From: Selaginella moellendorffii
Lineage: Eukaryota > Plantae > Lycopodiophyta
Direction: 5' to 3'
NCBI RefSeq assembly: GCF_000143415.4
Contig: NW_003314312.1
Location: 1,234,915-1,298,914 of the forward strand
Length of the DNA: 64,000 nucleotides
The translations under genes were made by a program, and so were the position numbers. The notes beneath the pieces are model-generated. The model searched no databases. It saw nothing but the letters and a program-made list of their open reading frames with translations, and was not told where the DNA came from. Shown piece by piece: positions 1 to 12,964 of the stretch; position 1 is the first letter of the stretch; each line of letters starts with the position of its first letter.

Positions 1-537
1 TAGTAGTAGGGATAGTAGGTAGGTCGGGCATGGCCGACCAACCTGAGGCATAGTCTAGCTCCTGCTTGTGTGCCTATCCTTGTTCTGCGTCCGGCTTGGG
101 TCTAAGCCCAAGTTCCATTCCATGCTAGCTGGTGGACTACCCATGTCCTCGCGTTAGGCCACCGGTATGCCGAAATAGTGCCAGACCCCGTTTGGCTCTG
201 TTTTGTGTGCTGGTCCTGGCATTGGGATGCTGGTTACTTTAGGACTGTTCCAAGTCGCTCTGGGCTCCTGTCCCTTTGCTCCTTGGGCTATATGCTCGGG
301 AGTCGTTCCGTGATCTAGTGCTAACGCTCCTTGCTCCAGTGCTAACGCTCCTTGGCTCCATGCTCGGGAGTTTGGCACCGTTCCTTCGTTCAGTGGCCCA
401 AGGCCTTGAACTTCAGGTTCCGCGCCACTGTCCTTTGGACACGTGGCATATGACACGTGGCATGTGTTATATGGCATAAAGAGGGTTTAGGTTCCGCTTC
501 GTGGTGTTATCCTATGGTAAATCACCATAGGATAAAA
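1..537. repeat. LTR-like repeat, family D (partial; similar to 6466-6704)
   Basis: About 280-537 aligns with 6466-6692 (ggcccaaggcc...gacacgtggcatatgaca...gtggtgttatcctatggtaaa.caccataggataaa). The terminal GGGGAGTATTACA is missing here. Confidence 0.6.
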
Positions 538-559
538 GGTCAAAACCACGTGCGCTACA

Positions 560-2360
560 AAAAGACTATGAGAAACTTATCTACAACTCCGAAGCATGTT
601 CAAAAAACTTTTCTTAAGGATTTTATCTCAAGCACCCTACTCAATCCGAGCTACTAAAATACTCAACTAAATGAGGTTATCTTGCCGGACTTTTTCTTAC
701 ATTATATTATTTAGGATAAAATTTTGTGTGAATCTAGAGAAAGGAAGTTGCAATAAAAAATTGATTCCATCCTTGAACTGAAATGAATTTGTTTATATAA
801 GTTCAACCATGGAAGTTAGTTTCTAGACAAAGTTGTGAATGAGCAGGAGCACCTCTTCATCTTTAAGATATTTATAATGGGCCCTACCTTAGGTGTAGAT
901 CTTGTCTCCCGAATGGATATGTCTGGGTCTAGTAACCTTGCAAATGCATGGGTACATTTTGACCATATGGAATGTATATCAAGTTGGACAACCATGGGAG
1001 CTCATATGTATAATCCAAGGTAATTTATTCTTATTATATTAAAATGGTTGTAATATTTGTATTTTCACAGGCTACGTTGTAACTTGACAATTGTGATAGT
1101 ACAGTTTAAAGTACAAGACCAAACAGCCCAAAAATTATTTTGGAAGTTCCTCTCCAATATTGTGGTAAAGTGGACTAGTAAACTTGCAAACTTTTGTGGT
1201 TTCATGGCAGATAGGGCTAATGCAAATTGGAATAGTGTCTAAGTAGTTTTTGGGAATGGTCAACCAATAGAGGTCATAAAAAGACTTGTGAGTTCCATTG
1301 GGCACAAAGTATAAACCAACATTGCCACCTTATCAAGCCAAGGTTTCACTAAGTGTTTAAGGAGTTGTGAAAACAGTGGCAAGTTGCATCCTCTGAAGAA
1401 GAGCACAAAGCAAAGGCAAATGAAATTCAAATGTGGTGGCATGAAGATGGCTATGTAGATATAAGTTGCTTACCTCAACTTGAATCATGGTTAAAGTGGT
1501 GGGAAGTTATAATATTCCAATGGAGACATCACTCCATGTTGGTTTCTATTTTTTCTTTTCATTTTATTACTTTTTAATATCATCTTTTTCATTAGGATCA
1601 ACCACTTAAAGACTTTGCATACATCCCAACTATGAATCTTTCTAAAAGTAAACATTGGAGTTGACATTCCTCTAAGGCAGAGAAAGGGAAGATGAGTTAA
1701 TACAAAGTGTGTCTATCAGATTTAATATATGCTATAGAGCAGTTGTCAAAGCATTGGCATTTGAGGAGGGAAAATATGTGGGAACAAAGCTTTTTGTTGA
1801 AATGCTACATGATAGGATGAAGAGAAAATTGATTCCACTAGTCTGAATAGTGGCAACTGTAGTTGAAGAAGTGGTCTACGGCACATCTATGGAGTACATT
1901 CCCTGGGCTTTTATTGGTGATATGAAGACTATTTACTCAAAGCGTCACTTTTCTTTTGCTGGTGAAGATGTTGGCATGAACCTTGGAGAAAAAAGCTCTT
2001 ATAGACTTGATATTAAGCACCATTCTACTCCAAGACACCATCCCCAGACTGAGCTACCTCAAGTGGCTAATGAAGAGAGTACACCACAACAGATTGAAAA
2101 TACTTATCATGAGGCAATGAGCAATCCAATCAAGGTATCTTCAATATATAAGCATGCTATTAAAGGCACCAATTTGCACTTGATTTATTACAAAGGGTGT
2201 AAGGGATGGAGGAATGTACCCAACAATGTTTGCGAGAGTTTTAAAGACATGGAAGATAGAATGCCCTTAGGAGTTGGAGCTCGTACAAACCCCTACACTA
2301 GACCAAAAGGAAATTGTCAATGCCAGCAACGATGGCAATGTGTTAACTCCTGAGTTTCGG
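560..2360 (+). pseudogene. Degenerate MULE-like (DDE) transposase remnant
   Basis: Broken ORFs GPTLGVDLVSRM..AWVHFDHM..WTTMGAHMY, FWKFL..NFCGFMADRANANWNSV and EFHWAQS resemble MULE-type transposase-derived proteins of non-seed plants. Many stops and frameshifts. Confidence 0.5.
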
Positions 2361-3096
2361 GAGGTAACCCAAGGACACTTAACCCCACTTATCCCAAGAC
2401 TCTTAACCAATTGGAAAAGGGGGTGCACTCTTATTTATGGGCCCTTTCCTTCTATATTTAAACCTTTATGGATCATCTCTCGAGTTGTTCCTTTTGGTTG
2501 CTTACACGATGCAAGTGACAATGGAAAGGAGGGATGAGGAAGCTCCAGATCAAGCTCACATTCCACCATTAGATGGCCAGACTCAAGCTCCAATTTGATA
2601 TTAGGGGTGTCCAAGGGAAGCCTAAAAAGGTGAGTTGGTATTTTATATTTTAATCTAATTTATAATTTTTTTTATTTTCTAGGTTATGATGTGGACCTAT
2701 CATGCCTTTTATAGAAACGTTCATGATGGGTTTTGTGATAGTGACCATATGGTATGTGTTTTGCCTGGGTATGATAGTTCTATTGACATTATACCCAACT
2801 TTGTGGACAAGCAAATCCATAACACGTTTCTAAAGTACTAATTTTGAACTCTATTGGCAATGCAAGTCTTACTTGAGCTTTATTGCCCACTTGATGGTGT
2901 TATGATTGATTGCATAGCAAGTTGTAGTTCTATGGTGAAGGCACCACATATCTCTGGTAAGTCGGTGTTTGTTATTGAAGAACTTTTTCAAACACCAACT
3001 CAAAGGATTTCGTGAGCTACCTACAACCTTAAGGAGGTAAATTATGTTTATTAAAATTTTAATACATATTTAGTTCTATTTTATAGATCATAATCA

Positions 3097-3241
3097 TATA
3101 CTAATATTAGCATAGTGGGATTTTGGTAGCTGTCGGATTGGTTTCAATCCAGACCACTCGCTCCTGTATATAAGCTAGGGTTTTTGGGCTAATTGATATG
3201 CACATTTTCTATATTCCCTTTCTATATTCCAAGCACTCACA
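3097..3241 (+). repeat. 145-bp solo-type LTR of Gypsy family C, inverted relative to 15339-15483
   Basis: Near-identical reverse complement of 15339-15483; ends ...CACTCACA. No PBS or matching TSD next to it. Confidence 0.75.
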
Positions 3242-5993
3242 AACTTAAATATAAATTAAGTTGAAACATTTTGAGGTGGAACTAGAGCCTAATCTTGGCT
3301 ATCTGGTGGTGGAATGCAAACTATATCCAAAGCTTCCTCATCCTAGTATTGTGCCAATATTAACAACTTCCCCCTAATGTAATGTAAGGGTTTGTTTCCT
3401 ATGGAGCTCTAGCACCTAAGGACATTTTATCTTTTGTGCCTTTGGAACTTTCATAAACATTGTTGGGTACATTCTTCCATCCTCTACACCATTTGCAATA
3501 AGTCAAGTGATGCCTCCATATTAGAGATACTTGTAGACAATATTTATAGGAAAGATTTTAGAAATCATATTACATTTATAAGCCACATAGTCAACATGAA
3601 GGTTGACTATGTTAGCAATCATACATTGTCATACTTTTGGACTTTTATGGTAGCAATCCCTTTGCAATCCCTTTCAATGATGTGTTGATGTAAGTGTTGA
3701 AGGACATGAAAATGCCATCTAGATTGTCACTAATGTGTGGTGCCAAAAACTACTCACCTTTGCATACAATTTACATAATATAAACAATCCTTTTCATCAT
3801 ATTCTCAAATACTTTTGGTAGTTTTTTCTCTCTTTTCTTCAAGAAAACATTAAGGAACTTTTGTATGGAAGCCTCTATTTTACAATATTGTAAATTATGT
3901 CATATGAAGTTTTATTTGCTACAAAAGTAATATATGTATAATTGAGAAAAATGAAGTCTATGATAAGAAACCTACATTTGTGAGTAGAAATTTCGGCTAT
4001 AGTCTCTAGTCACTCTTTTGGTCTACAATTATTTGCAATACATATTATTTTTTTCAACTTTGAAGACTTTACATTATGCTCAATTTGTAAAAGCTTAGGT
4101 AAGACATCTTCCCGACTCTTTTCCGAATGCGCAAGTTCATATACATTTTGCTTTACCTTCACTAAAGGCTAGAAACTAAACCAATAAAAATAAACCCTTA
4201 TAAAGTGAAGGAAAGACATACCTTGCATCATATTGCACGCATAAAATTGATTAAGTTGTTAAACTATATCATACTATCATTCCGAGTGTATGAGTATTAA
4301 ACAACTATTGTGAGATCATCACTATAATATTGTCAAATGTCATCCTTACTCAAGTCTACCAAAAAAACAAGTTTCTTAATGTCATAAACAAAATTTTACT
4401 TTTGGACAAAAAACTACTCAAGCCTGCATTCAACCATAACAAAGTAAGTTAAAGTAGAGTTAGAGATGAAATTTTAGTAAAATTACACATTAATCTTTTG
4501 GTAGGCCAAGATAAGTTTGTTGACATTGGTACCCTCATATAAACATGGCCAATTAGAATATTAATATGGTAGATAGGATCATCATGAAAATAAATGTTAA
4601 TACACTTTATCCAAGCTTTATACTAATGGTTATCATCAATAATTTGGAATATTGTCCCTATAAGCTACTAAATCTTAGGATGGTTGATACAAATAAGGTA
4701 TTAGAAATGTAATGTTCAATTTAGGAATGACTTGAAAGAAGAAAATGTGTAAGCTCTTTTGCTGATCTTCAGATCAGCACAATAGTCATCCTAATTTAAT
4801 GGGAATCAGCAAACACATTGAGAGTTTGATGCTAAGGTGCCTAATATGCCTTTTTGTTTTGGGTCAAAAATTCATTTCTATAGGTTTGAATAGTTTTCTT
4901 GAGCATTACCACAATTGCCACACAAACAGTATTATCATTTCATATATAATTATTTATAAGATATTGAAAGACGAGATGGCAATACACAAGTGCTATAGAG
5001 TGATAGTGATAGGCAACAATGACAATTTGCAATTATGATATCTAACACTGATAGTGTCACTAATATTTAACACTATCATAGACATTTGACACTGACATGT
5101 TACTGACATTTGACATATAATAGGTTTTTCATTTCATATAAGGATGCAATTAATTTTTTTTTGCCTTATCATCAACATATTGATTTCTTTTATACCTCCT
5201 ATATTGGTATTATGGGGAAGATTCACTTTGCATTTGTTAAGCAATGGTTTTTGCATAGTCAGAGAGACTTCTAAAGCCTCTAATTCCAGAATATTAACTG
5301 CTCTTGATCCCTTTGTATGAAGCGTTTCAACCATTGCACATGCACAATCTCTGGAGGATCGGTCTACTGGATATTATGCCAAACCTTATAAACTTATGGT
5401 CCCACTTGCCGCAAAACTTGATATAGTCCTTTCCATTGAGCAAGGAGCCCCTTTGTCGCGAATGTGATTTCAGATATCGAAAGTTACTTGTCGGCTAGTC
5501 CTTATGGACACTCTTTTCTTACTGCCACGATGGTAGGAGGTCGGTATTACTGGACCCGTTATCAATTCCCACTAGAGCTAGTTGAGAAACTGGTCAATGA
5601 ATATGCACTTAAATTGGATAAACATAAGGTAAGAACCCTATGTATTTCTTGCTGAGCATACTTGTGTCATTGGCTTGCACTTGTTAAGTATCAAAAACCC
5701 CCGCGATATTGAGATTGGTCCCTCAATATTTATTAGATGATAGCTTACCGTGTTTGCCAAACACCCTCGCTATTATGCCCTTTGTGTTAGTCTCAATTCG
5801 GTCCCAAATGCTAATTATGGAAAGTTTGCAGATTTGCTTATTTGGCATATTTACAGAATGTAGAGATTGGCTTGAACACAATGGTGTTTATCCCATGTCC
5901 AAATTCTTTTCTAAGAACATTCCATATTTAATAAATTTCGAGCTTATCCTACAGACTAACTCTTGATACTAAGGGAGGATTGGGTGAAAGGCC

Positions 5994-6465
5994 NNNNNNN
6001 NNNNNNNNNNNNNNNNNNNNNNNNNNNNNNNNNNNNNNNNNNNNNNNNNNNNNNNNNNNNNNNNNNNNNNNNNNNNNNNNNNNNNNNNNNNNNNNNNNNN
6101 NNNNNNNNNNNNNNNNNNNNNNNNNNNNNNNNNNNNNNNNNNNNNNNNNNNNNNNNNNNNNNNNNNNNNNNNNNNNNNNNNNNNNNNNNNNNNNNNNNNN
6201 NNNNNNNNNNNNNNNNNNNNNNNNNNNNNNNNNNNNNNNNNNNNNNNNNNNNNNNNNNNNNNNNNNNNNNNNNNNNNNNNNNNNNNNNNNNNNNNNNNNN
6301 NNNNNNNNNNNNNNNNNNNNNNNNNNNNNNNNNNNNNNNNNNNNNNNNNNNNNNNNNNNNNNNNNNNNNNNNNNNNNNNNNNNNNNNNNNNNNNNNNNNN
6401 NNNNNNNNNNNNNNNNNNNNNNNNNNNNNNNNNNNNNNNNNNNNNNNNNNNNNNNNNNNNNNNNN
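5994..6465. other. Assembly gap (other N runs at 10025-10123, 11395-11494, 29399-29622)
   Basis: Runs of N. Confidence 0.99.
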
Positions 6466-6704
6466 CGCTCCTTGGGGCTGTATGCTTGGGAGTTGCTCCA
6501 TGGTTTGGATCCGTCACTCCTTGGCTTCATGCTTGGGAGTTTGGCACTGATTCTTCGTTCGGTGGCCCAAGGCCCTGAATCTCGAGTTCCACACCACTGT
6601 CTTATGGACACGTGGCATATGACATGTGGCACATAGAGGGTCTAAGTTTTGCTTCGTGGTGTTATCCTATGGTAAAACACCATAGGATAAAGGGGAGTAT
6701 TACA
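6466..6704 (+). repeat. 3' part of LTR-like repeat family D, interrupting the Gypsy C integrase
   Basis: Ends GGGGAGTATTACA (LTR-type CA end), has a 12-bp-stem hairpin TTATCCTATGGT-AAAAC-ACCATAGGATAA, and is homologous to 280-537. Confidence 0.65.
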
Positions 6705-7922
6705 AGATTAGCACTAAATGTAGTTACGCACATACTGGATAATATCATGTCGCATCTTTGGCAAATAGAAAGACTTGCACAGCTTCTTGGTCACACGATG
6801 ATGTCCCATATGCCCACCTAGAACAGGAGAATCATGGTAAGTATGGAGAAACCACAGAATAAAGACAGAAGGCACCATCAACCATAAATGATCATCAAAA
6901 TCCGTCCCCATAAAATAAAGAAGGTCATCTTCAAGGCAATACTGAAAATGCAAATGCCAGAAAGGCAAGTTATCAATAAATGATGCAAAATTCTCAAACC
7001 CATCTCGAAGCCTTCAAATCCATGGCTCAATCTTTTGAGTCTTGCGAACCTCATCAAGAGAAGGTAGATTTTGTTTTGCGCCTTGTGGACACTGAATATC
7101 AAGTATAACAACTGTTGACAGCACAGAATCCTCATTTAGAAATCCACAAATGCTAGAACAATAAGCTCGTCAGAAATATGAGAAGGGAGTGGAGAAGGAA
7201 GAGGAGCTCGAGAAACGGCATCAGCATTAGCCATAGAACTCCTTGGGTGATGAACAACATCAAAATCGTATATCTGAAGCTTTAAAGCCCACCGAGCAGT
7301 ACAACCAACAAGGTTCTTTCACTTCAATAATGAAGTAAGGGCAGCATGGTCACCTTCAAGTAATGTTTGAGAACCATGTAGATATGCATGAAGTTTTTCG
7401 AAACCCCAGACTGCTGCTAAAATCTCCTTCTCTGTCATGAAGTAGTTCACCTCCGTTGGTTGTAATGTATGGCTTATATACGCAATGGGATAATGCTGAC
7501 TAAGCACACTCAAAATCTCTTGCATCAACACACCTCCAAGACCAATATCATAAGCATCCACGATATTGAGTGTAGTCAGGATATGCCAAAATTGGAGGAG
7601 TCGTCAACAACACTTTGAGATCCATAAACACCCACTCACAATCTGGAGACCAGATGAAAGATGACATTGATGACTTCAGCAATGCTTGCAACAGTGTAGT
7701 GCGATCAAAAAGATGATCCACAAAACGACCGAGATACTACACCTTGCTCAAGAAGTGCTGCACATCATTCACACACTTTGGAGTAGGGAACTTTAGAATA
7801 GCCATAAGTTTCTCAGGGTCAACTTACAAACCCTCATGAGAAATACGGTACCCAAAATAAGTTGTGTCCTTGGACCCAAACACGCACTTCGACTGCTTCA
7901 GGTTTAAACTAACATCCCATAG

Positions 7923-10900
7923 TGTTATGATCCGGCGCAAAAAAACAAAGATCTCGTTGCCCTAGACTATGCTACGCCACCTCTTGAGGCTCCTCACCAC
8001 CCAACCACCCCCGAGCTACCTCAAAAGCTCCACTGCACTGCCGCTCCACTGTGAGCCCTAGGGTAGGTTAAGTCCCTTACCCTAACATGCCTTAATATAC
8101 CCTTGAGCCTCCCTTTGACCGACGTTGACCACGTAGTCAAAGCTGGCGCCTAACAATTCTTCCCCCCCAACAAAGTCCTTGTCCCAAGGACGAGTTGTAC
8201 CGGTGATCACCCTTTCTGGGGAATCCTGCTCAAGCTCCTGGTCCATCTTCCACAGCCGTATACATCAAGGAGGCATTGGGCCTGTCACTCCGAGATAGTA
8301 CACCTTTCAACTGGCTGACATAAAATACCGGATGAATTTTCACCCCAGCTGGCAGCCGCACCCGATAAGCCGCTTTACCAATGCGCTCCAGCACTTCATA
8401 TGGACCAGCATATCGATGGGAGAGTTTATCACTCTTCCCTATCCGTAAAGGCACCAAGGTGTTCCGCCGCTCACTTGACGGAAAGATCACTCGCACAAAG
8501 ACGAGATCACCCACCTTATATTCCCGGAATTGGCGATACTCATTAGCAAACTTCTCCGCTCTATCCTGAGCTGCTTGCAAATTCCGTTTGCATACCACCA
8601 GAATCTCATCAAGTTCTGTGGCCAGATCAGTTGCCTCGGAATCAAGCTTTTCTTGAACGTCCTTACTCAAATGCAATCCCAACTCCACCGCTGTTCGAGG
8701 ATGCCTTCCAAACATCGCAAAGTAAGGACTTAGCTTGGTTCCACTATGCTGGCTATTGTTGTAAGCAAATTGCACCAACGGAAGATATAGATCCCACTGT
8801 CCTTGCCTTTGACCAATGCTACAATGTAGCATATCCTCCACCACCTGATTCACACGCTCAATTTGCCCATCCGTCTGAGGATGATCTCCACTCGAGAGTT
8901 TCAAAGTCACTTGCATAGCCTTTGCAAAGCTTTTCCAAATCCACTGGTGGACTTTGAATCTCGATCACTAATGATGTCCTTCGGCAAACCAAAATCAGGA
9001 AAAACCTTCTCCAAGTAAACCGCAGCTAAGTCTGAGGCAGTGACAGTCTTCCGAAGAGCCAACAACCGCACATACTTCGTCAACCGATCTACTATGACCC
9101 ATACTTGCTCCTTTTGCCTCTGTGTTCGTGGCAAACAAGTGATAAAGTCCATAGAGATACTACACCAACGGCTCTGAGGAATAGGTAAAGGTTGCAAAAG
9201 TCCCCCCGGCTTCTCCCGTGGCACCTTAACCCGCTGACAAAGCTCACATGATTTACAATACTTGAGGATATCAGCCTTCATATTCCTCCAATAAAAGTTG
9301 CGCTCATACGTCTTCTTCCCCCCAAAATGACCGGCCTCTGGACGATCATGATAGTGGAATAAAACTTGAGTAATTAACGCATCCACCCGTGGCAAATAGA
9401 CACGGCCATTGTAGTAGAGAATCCCATCCACCAATGAGAAAGGAGCTTCCATCTGGTCTCGCAAAGAGGCCACCTCAGCATCCTGAGCCTGAGCATGCTC
9501 AACCAACTGCCCAAACTCGCTGACCACCTTACTCAAATGATGACAAAATCGTGTTCGTAACATCGTCACATGACGAACACGAGATAAAGCATCCACCACC
9601 ACATTTGATTTTCCCGGACGATGCTCAATAGGAAACTCCCCAAACTCCATGAGTTTGACCATCCAACGAGCTTGCCTAGTGTTCAACTCCTTCTGTGTGA
9701 AAAGATACACAAGTGGTTTGTGATCTGTCAACACCACGAACACTGCACCATAAAGATAGTGCCGCCACGTCCGCAAAGCATGAACAATAGAGAGTAACTC
9801 TTGCTCATATGTGGAATAGCGTTGCTCCGCGGAATTCAAAGTTCGACTCTCATATGCAATAGGCTATCCCTCTTGCATGAGAACTCCTCCCAGTGCATAA
9901 CCACTCGCATCGCATGTCACCTCGTAAGGTTTCGATGGATCAGCAATGCGAAGCACTGGAGCCTCGATCAACAATCGTTTCAGCACCACAAAACTCTCCT
10001 CTTGTGGCGTCTTCCACTCGAATGNNNNNNNNNNNNNNNNNNNNNNNNNNNNNNNNNNNNNNNNNNNNNNNNNNNNNNNNNNNNNNNNNNNNNNNNNNNN
10101 NNNNNNNNNNNNNNNNNNNNNNNNCCTCTGCAAACTTATGCTGGAAACGTCGGTAGTAACTAGCCATACCAAGAAAACTGCGCAACTCGGCCACTGTAGT
10201 CGGTGTAGGCCAGGTTTTCCACCACAGCCACCTTCCTTGGATCCGTCTTGACACCCTTAGATGTCACAATATGGCCTAGATATTCCACCTCCGACTTTGC
10301 AAATTCACATTTGCTCTTCTTCGCATAAAGTTTGCTGTCTCGAAGTAACAAAAGAACCTTGCGCAAATGCACCCTATGCTCCTCCATATTCTTGCTAAAA
10401 ACAAGAATATTGTCCAAGAAAATCTCCACAAACTCATGAAGATAACGCCCAAAGACCTCCGTCATCAACCGAGTAAATGTGGCCGGTGCATTCGTCAAAC
10501 CAAACGGCATAACTGTAAACTCAAAATGTCCGAAGCTTGTGTTGAATGCCGTCTTGGAGATAGATGCATCATCCATTGCAATCTGATGATATCCACTCCT
10601 CAGATCAATCTTGGTAAACACTCGTGCTTCACCAAGCTTGTCTAGGATATCATCCACACGTGGCATCGGCATCTTGTCCTTCACTGTCTTCTTGTTTAAA
10701 GCACGGTAGTCAATACACATCCGCATTGAACCGTCCTTCTTCTTCACAAGCAAGACCGGAGCACCAAACGGAGACTTACTTGGCTGAATAAATCCAAACT
10801 CAAGTAACTCCTTGACTTGTCGCTGAACTTCTTGCTCCTCCGCATAACTTAACCGAAATGGACGCCGGTAAATTGGCCGCGTCCCCGGCTCCAATGTAAT

Positions 10901-12964
10901 CCCATGCTCCACACCTCGTAATGGAGGCAATCCATGAGGAAGTTCAGATGGAAAAACATCAGAAAACTCGTCGAGTACATCCCGTACTGCTGCTTCTCCC
11001 CCACACGTGCCTTGGTCGCCCAAGTCACGAACAAACAGCAAGTAACTCGAAAGTGCTTTTCCATTACGACAAGCCCGCTTCAAAGATGTAGCAGAGAGCA
11101 TAACAACTGGTGGTTAAACGCCCTCGCCAAACCACACATCTTTAACTCCACCATACTCCAGCGAGATACGCTTAATGCTCCACTTTATCTCTGGATCCAC
11201 CTTCACCAACCATGGCATCCCAAGAATGAGATCCACACGATGGATATCCGCGAGATAAAAAGTCTCCACAAGTGTGGTTTTGCCAACCAACACTTCCAGC
11301 CCCTCGACACAAGCATCGAAATGCTGAGCAGAGGTAGCTGCACCTTCCACTGTGTATGGAAGAACTCCACGTGTGTTCAGGCGATGCTCCGCAANNNNNN
11401 NNNNNNNNNNNNNNNNNNNNNNNNNNNNNNNNNNNNNNNNNNNNNNNNNNNNNNNNNNNNNNNNNNNNNNNNNNNNNNNNNNNNNNNNNNNNNNTTGCTC
11501 CCACTATCCAGTAAAATCCGCACTGGATCGCCACGGAACACGCCCTCCAGCATTAAAGCTGATTCACGCGTATCCTCAAGCTCCATCTTGTTCCACACAC
11601 AGTTGAGCTGACGAGCAACGATCGAAAGTCGCTTCCTCCGACCGGAATGGTCGTTCTCCTCCTCCTCACGCTGCAAAGTTTGCAACTTTTTAGTATCGGA
11701 CTTACCGTGAGAAGAAGATTGGCCATTCTTCTTGTCCTGCTGCTTGTTCTTCAACTGCGGACAATCAGCCTTGTAGTGTCCAAGTTCGCCGCAATGATGA
11801 CAACCCTGTCTATAATTCTTCACAAAGAACTTTTGCTTCTTGGACCCCTTTGCATCCGAGGTAGTCACCACCGACCTCAACTTGTGATGCTTGTTCCCAT
11901 CCTTGTGTCCACGGCGATCATCACGACGATTCTCAACAGAAGGACTCCGCGATTGCTTGCGAGACTTGTGCTTGTCATTATCAAGTCGACGAGCCGCATC
12001 AAAGAGCTCCTCCAAACTCTTTGTAGGCTGAGAATGACGCAAGTGTTGCCGCATGCTCTCACTATGTAGGCCATCAATGAAGTAGGATTTGTTCTGATCT
12101 GGATCCTTCGTTGGAACACGACTAATCAAGCGAGTAAGCTTCTCAATATAATCCCCAAGCGTCATTTTCCCTTGCTGGAAATGGCGAAGTTCTGTACGAG
12201 CATTCTCCACGTCATAATGAGGGGCAAAACGTAAACGGAAAGCAGCCTCAAACTCATCCATGGTAGATACTGGTGATTTCTTATCCGCAACACGGGACTC
12301 CTCAAGCCAATTCCACCATCGAAGACCCGCATCACGCAAAACCATCGAAATAGCCACTAAAGCCTCTGCATCTGGAGTTCCTCTAGCAGCCAAAAACTTC
12401 TTCACATTGGCTAGCCAAGCAAGACACTCGTCCACACCACCATCACCGGAAAAGGTTGGAATCTTGAGTCGATCTACCAAAGAAGGTTTACTTGGAGCGC
12501 TACCCCGTCCAGCCTCGAGTGCCTCAACACGCCCACGCATGGTATCCATCATGCCATGCATCTCGTCTTGCATCTCTTGCTGATTTTTATTAAGAGCTCG
12601 CAGCTCATGAACCACATCTTGAATGGTCCAAATCTCCGCAGCTTCGTCGGCACCATCGTCGGCACCACCATCGATGATAGGATTCCAGCGTTCAGCTTGG
12701 TCGGCCATCGCAACCAATCCTCTGATACCAATGTTATGATCCGGCGCAAAAAAACAAAGATCTCGTTGCACTAGACTATGCTACGCCACCTCTTGAGGTT
12801 CCTCACCACCCAACCACCCCCGAGCTACCTCAAAAGCTCCACTGCGCTGCCGCTCCACTGTGAGCCCTAGGGTAGGTTAAGTCCCTTACCCTAACATGCC
12901 TTAATATACCCTTGAGCCTCCCTTTGACCGACGTTGACCACGTAGTCAAAGCTGGCGCCTAACA
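7923..12964 (-). mobile_element. Young full-length Ty3/Gypsy family A element
   Basis: 233-bp TG...CA LTRs at 7923-8155 and 12732-12964 (3 mismatches seen). TSD CATAG at 7918-7922 and 12965-12969. tRNA-iMet PBS TGGTATCAGAG at ~12720-12730; PPT TTGGGGGGGAAGAAT at 8156-8170. Confidence 0.97.
8230..12708 (-). pseudogene. Gypsy A gag-pol (gag, CCHC knuckle, protease, RT, RNase H, integrase); small disruptions
   Basis: CHHCGELGHYKADC, ILLDSGS, KIDLRSGYHQI, FLDNILVF, CDASGYALG, IVDRLTK/SDRD/HPQTDGQIE and GPY motifs. Stops at ~11114 and ~9864, frameshift at ~8910-8940. Confidence 0.92.

Noticed and set aside
3250-5960. AT-rich stretch with short ORFs and ACTGAC-like micro-repeats near 5040-5115
   Set aside because: Too degenerate to assign; probably old transposon debris.
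5949-6636. Long ORFs spanning N runs
   Set aside because: Artefacts of assembly gaps.
1-6704. One LTR element bounded by the family D repeats and carrying a MULE-like gene
   Set aside because: The first repeat lacks its terminus, and no PBS, PPT or TSD was found. Independent insertions are more likely.
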